Below, piece after piece: positions 33,949 to 35,406 of a stretch of DNA of 35,406 nucleotides. The stretch comes from a bacterium. Its GTDB lineage: Bacteria > Muiribacteriota > UBA6191. The DNA lies in contig JAYZAC010000027.1 in assembly GCA_036339875.1 (NCBI GenBank), forward strand, positions 1 to 35,406, given 5' to 3'. Every line of letters begins with the position of its first letter. The stretch's first letter is position 1. Below the pieces are notes generated by a model that saw only the letters and a program-made list of their open reading frames with translations, was not told where the DNA came from and searched no databases. The position numbers were made by a program, and so were the translations under genes.

Positions 33949-35406
33949 ATGTTTAAGCAGTTTAAGCAAGTATTTATTTCATTTTTTACACTTTCATTTG
34001 CGATCTTTTTTATTGGTTGCGGTGGTAGTGGTGTTTCCGATCCACTGAATACTTCGGATTTCGGTCAAACACCTTCTCCGTCAATTTCAACTGTATTAAA
34101 CGGATCGGTAATCAAAGGACCAGTCTCTGGTGCCACAGTTAGAGCTTATCGAGTCGTTAATGGAGTCAAAGCTCAAGAGTTGGGAACAGCAATGACCGCT
34201 GCGGACGGTTCCTACCGTCTTTCAGTAGTTGGTTATGATGGGCCAATTGTTATCGAGGCCTTTAACGGTCAGTATACTGACGAGGCCACAGGTATTAAGA
34301 AGGTCCTAAATCGATCAATGAATTCGATAGTACCTAAATTTACAGCAACAAAGCCCGCGATGGTCTCCCCTCTGACTCACATGGCAGCGGCTATTGTTTC
34401 TCAGAGCTCGGATATTTCCGAAACTTCGATTCAAGATGCTATTGACGAAGTATCCGAATTCTATTCCCTATCAGATATTTTGATCACAACCCCATCTATC
34501 ATTACAGATTCAACTGTTTCCGTTTCTGAAGTAGAATCAAATCAGCTTAATTATGGACTCATACTATCTGCAATATCTCAGATTGGAGCTGATGAGAATA
34601 CTGACCCCCTTGAGATCATGGATATTATTGCGCAAGATGCATCAGACGGAAGTTTCGATGGGCAAAATAATGGTCAAACTTTAACCTTGAATAACAAAGA
34701 GGTATCTCAAAGTTTTGCCACCAAAGATATCGCAGATTCCATTAGTACCATAGTTGAATCTTTGAGTAGTCAGCTAATAGTTTCTGTTGACCCTGAATTT
34801 TTATTTAATCTTGAAACGACCGAGGGTGTTATCGAAAAATCATCGGTAAAACTTTCCGTTAAGGCTCTTCCCAAGTTAACAGGGTCTAATAATATTCAAC
34901 TTACAGGGCTAGCCACACCAGGTACCTCATCCATTGAAATTATTCAGAATGATATTAAAATATCAGAATTTTTTACTGGTTTAGATGGAACTTTTTCAGT
35001 TCAAATTGGACTCATTGTAAATCAGCTCAATCAAGTAACGGTTCGAGCTAGAAATGGCGGCGCTGTCTCTGAAAGAAATATTGAGATTCGACAGGATTCT
35101 ATTCCCCCTTCCTTTAGTTTTTTGACTACAGAGCCTGAGTATATCAATAGCGAATCAGTTTTCCTTGCCTATGATTTAACAGATACATACGGGGGGCCAG
35201 CCGATCTCACCGTAAGCTTAAGCCAAGGTAATGCTTTAGTTAACAGTAATACGATACAGTTGAGTAATTTGGTGGAGGGTACTCAGCTATTACAGCTGGA
35301 ACTCTTTGACCAATTAAACAATAGAATAAGCCAATCATACCCTCTATTTGTAGATTTTAGCGCTCCGATACTTGAAACGACTGTGCCTAGCTTAGTTAAT
35401 ACCAAC
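33949..35406 (+). CDS. Large lipoprotein with probable Ig-like repeats (5' part; runs off the right edge)
   Basis: Not in the ORF track; frame open from ATG 33949 to the window end (486 codons). MFKQFKQVFISFFTLSFAIFFIG-CGGSG lipobox; KGPVSGATV...TAADGSY...YTDEATG...VSPLTH...DASDGSFDG domain; beta-rich units ending DSIPP and DFSAP. Confidence 0.85.
   Translation, partial: MFKQFKQVFISFFTLSFAIFFIGCGGSGVSDPLNTSDFGQTPSPSISTVLNGSVIKGPVSGATVRAYRVVNGVKAQELGTAMTAADGSYRLSVVGYDGPIVIEAFNGQYTDEATGIKKVLNRSMNSIVPKFTATKPAMVSPLTHMAAAIVSQSSDISETSIQDAIDEVSEFYSLSDILITTPSIITDSTVSVSEVESNQLNYGLILSAISQIGADENTDPLEIMDIIAQDASDGSFDGQNNGQTLTLNNKEVSQSFATKDIADSISTIVESLSSQLIVSVDPEFLFNLETTEGVIEKSSVKLSVKALPKLTGSNNIQLTGLATPGTSSIEIIQNDIKISEFFTGLDGTFSVQIGLIVNQLNQVTVRARNGGAVSERNIEIRQDSIPPSFSFLTTEPEYINSESVFLAYDLTDTYGGPADLTVSLSQGNALVNSNTIQLSNLVEGTQLLQLELFDQLNNRISQSYPLFVDFSAPILETTVPSLVNTN

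Noticed and set aside
1..35406. CRISPR array, prophage, transposase or intact defence system
   Set aside because: No repeat-spacer series, integrase, transposase or phage gene seen; the only nuclease-like gene appears degenerate.

Overview
AT-rich bacterial chromosomal window, mostly minus-strand housekeeping genes, from a divergent, probably diderm lineage. The Na+-NQR operon suggests a saline habitat (inference). Left to right: truncated purL (PurS-PurS-PurL fusion) and an unusually long purM; a ybjQ-ybjQ-M48 peptidase module; an accessory block of membrane proteins (GT-C glycosyltransferase-like, DoxX-like, lipase maturation factor, degenerate PD-(D/E)XK protein); nqrABCDEF-apbE with a convergent nqrM; a TPR/exported protein pair; an unannotated 49-aa ORF; leucine dehydrogenase; a long rimP-nusA-infB-rbfA-truB-ribF-orphan-ispA-ispD-PBP1A operon; an MltB-like transglycosylase; citrate synthase; and the 5' part of a large lipoprotein. 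I found no rRNA, tRNA, CRISPR array, transposase or phage gene, and no clear new multi-gene system. The best leads are: (1) a PurM with two N-terminal domains carrying complementary sets of motifs (possible single-chain pseudo-dimer); (2) an NqrA that keeps both RnfC-type 4Fe-4S motifs; (3) a double-terminator rimP leader enclosing a three-way-junction RNA; (4) a 103-bp MITE-like segment that supplies part of the purM -35 box. All calls come from manual motif recognition; no searches were run.
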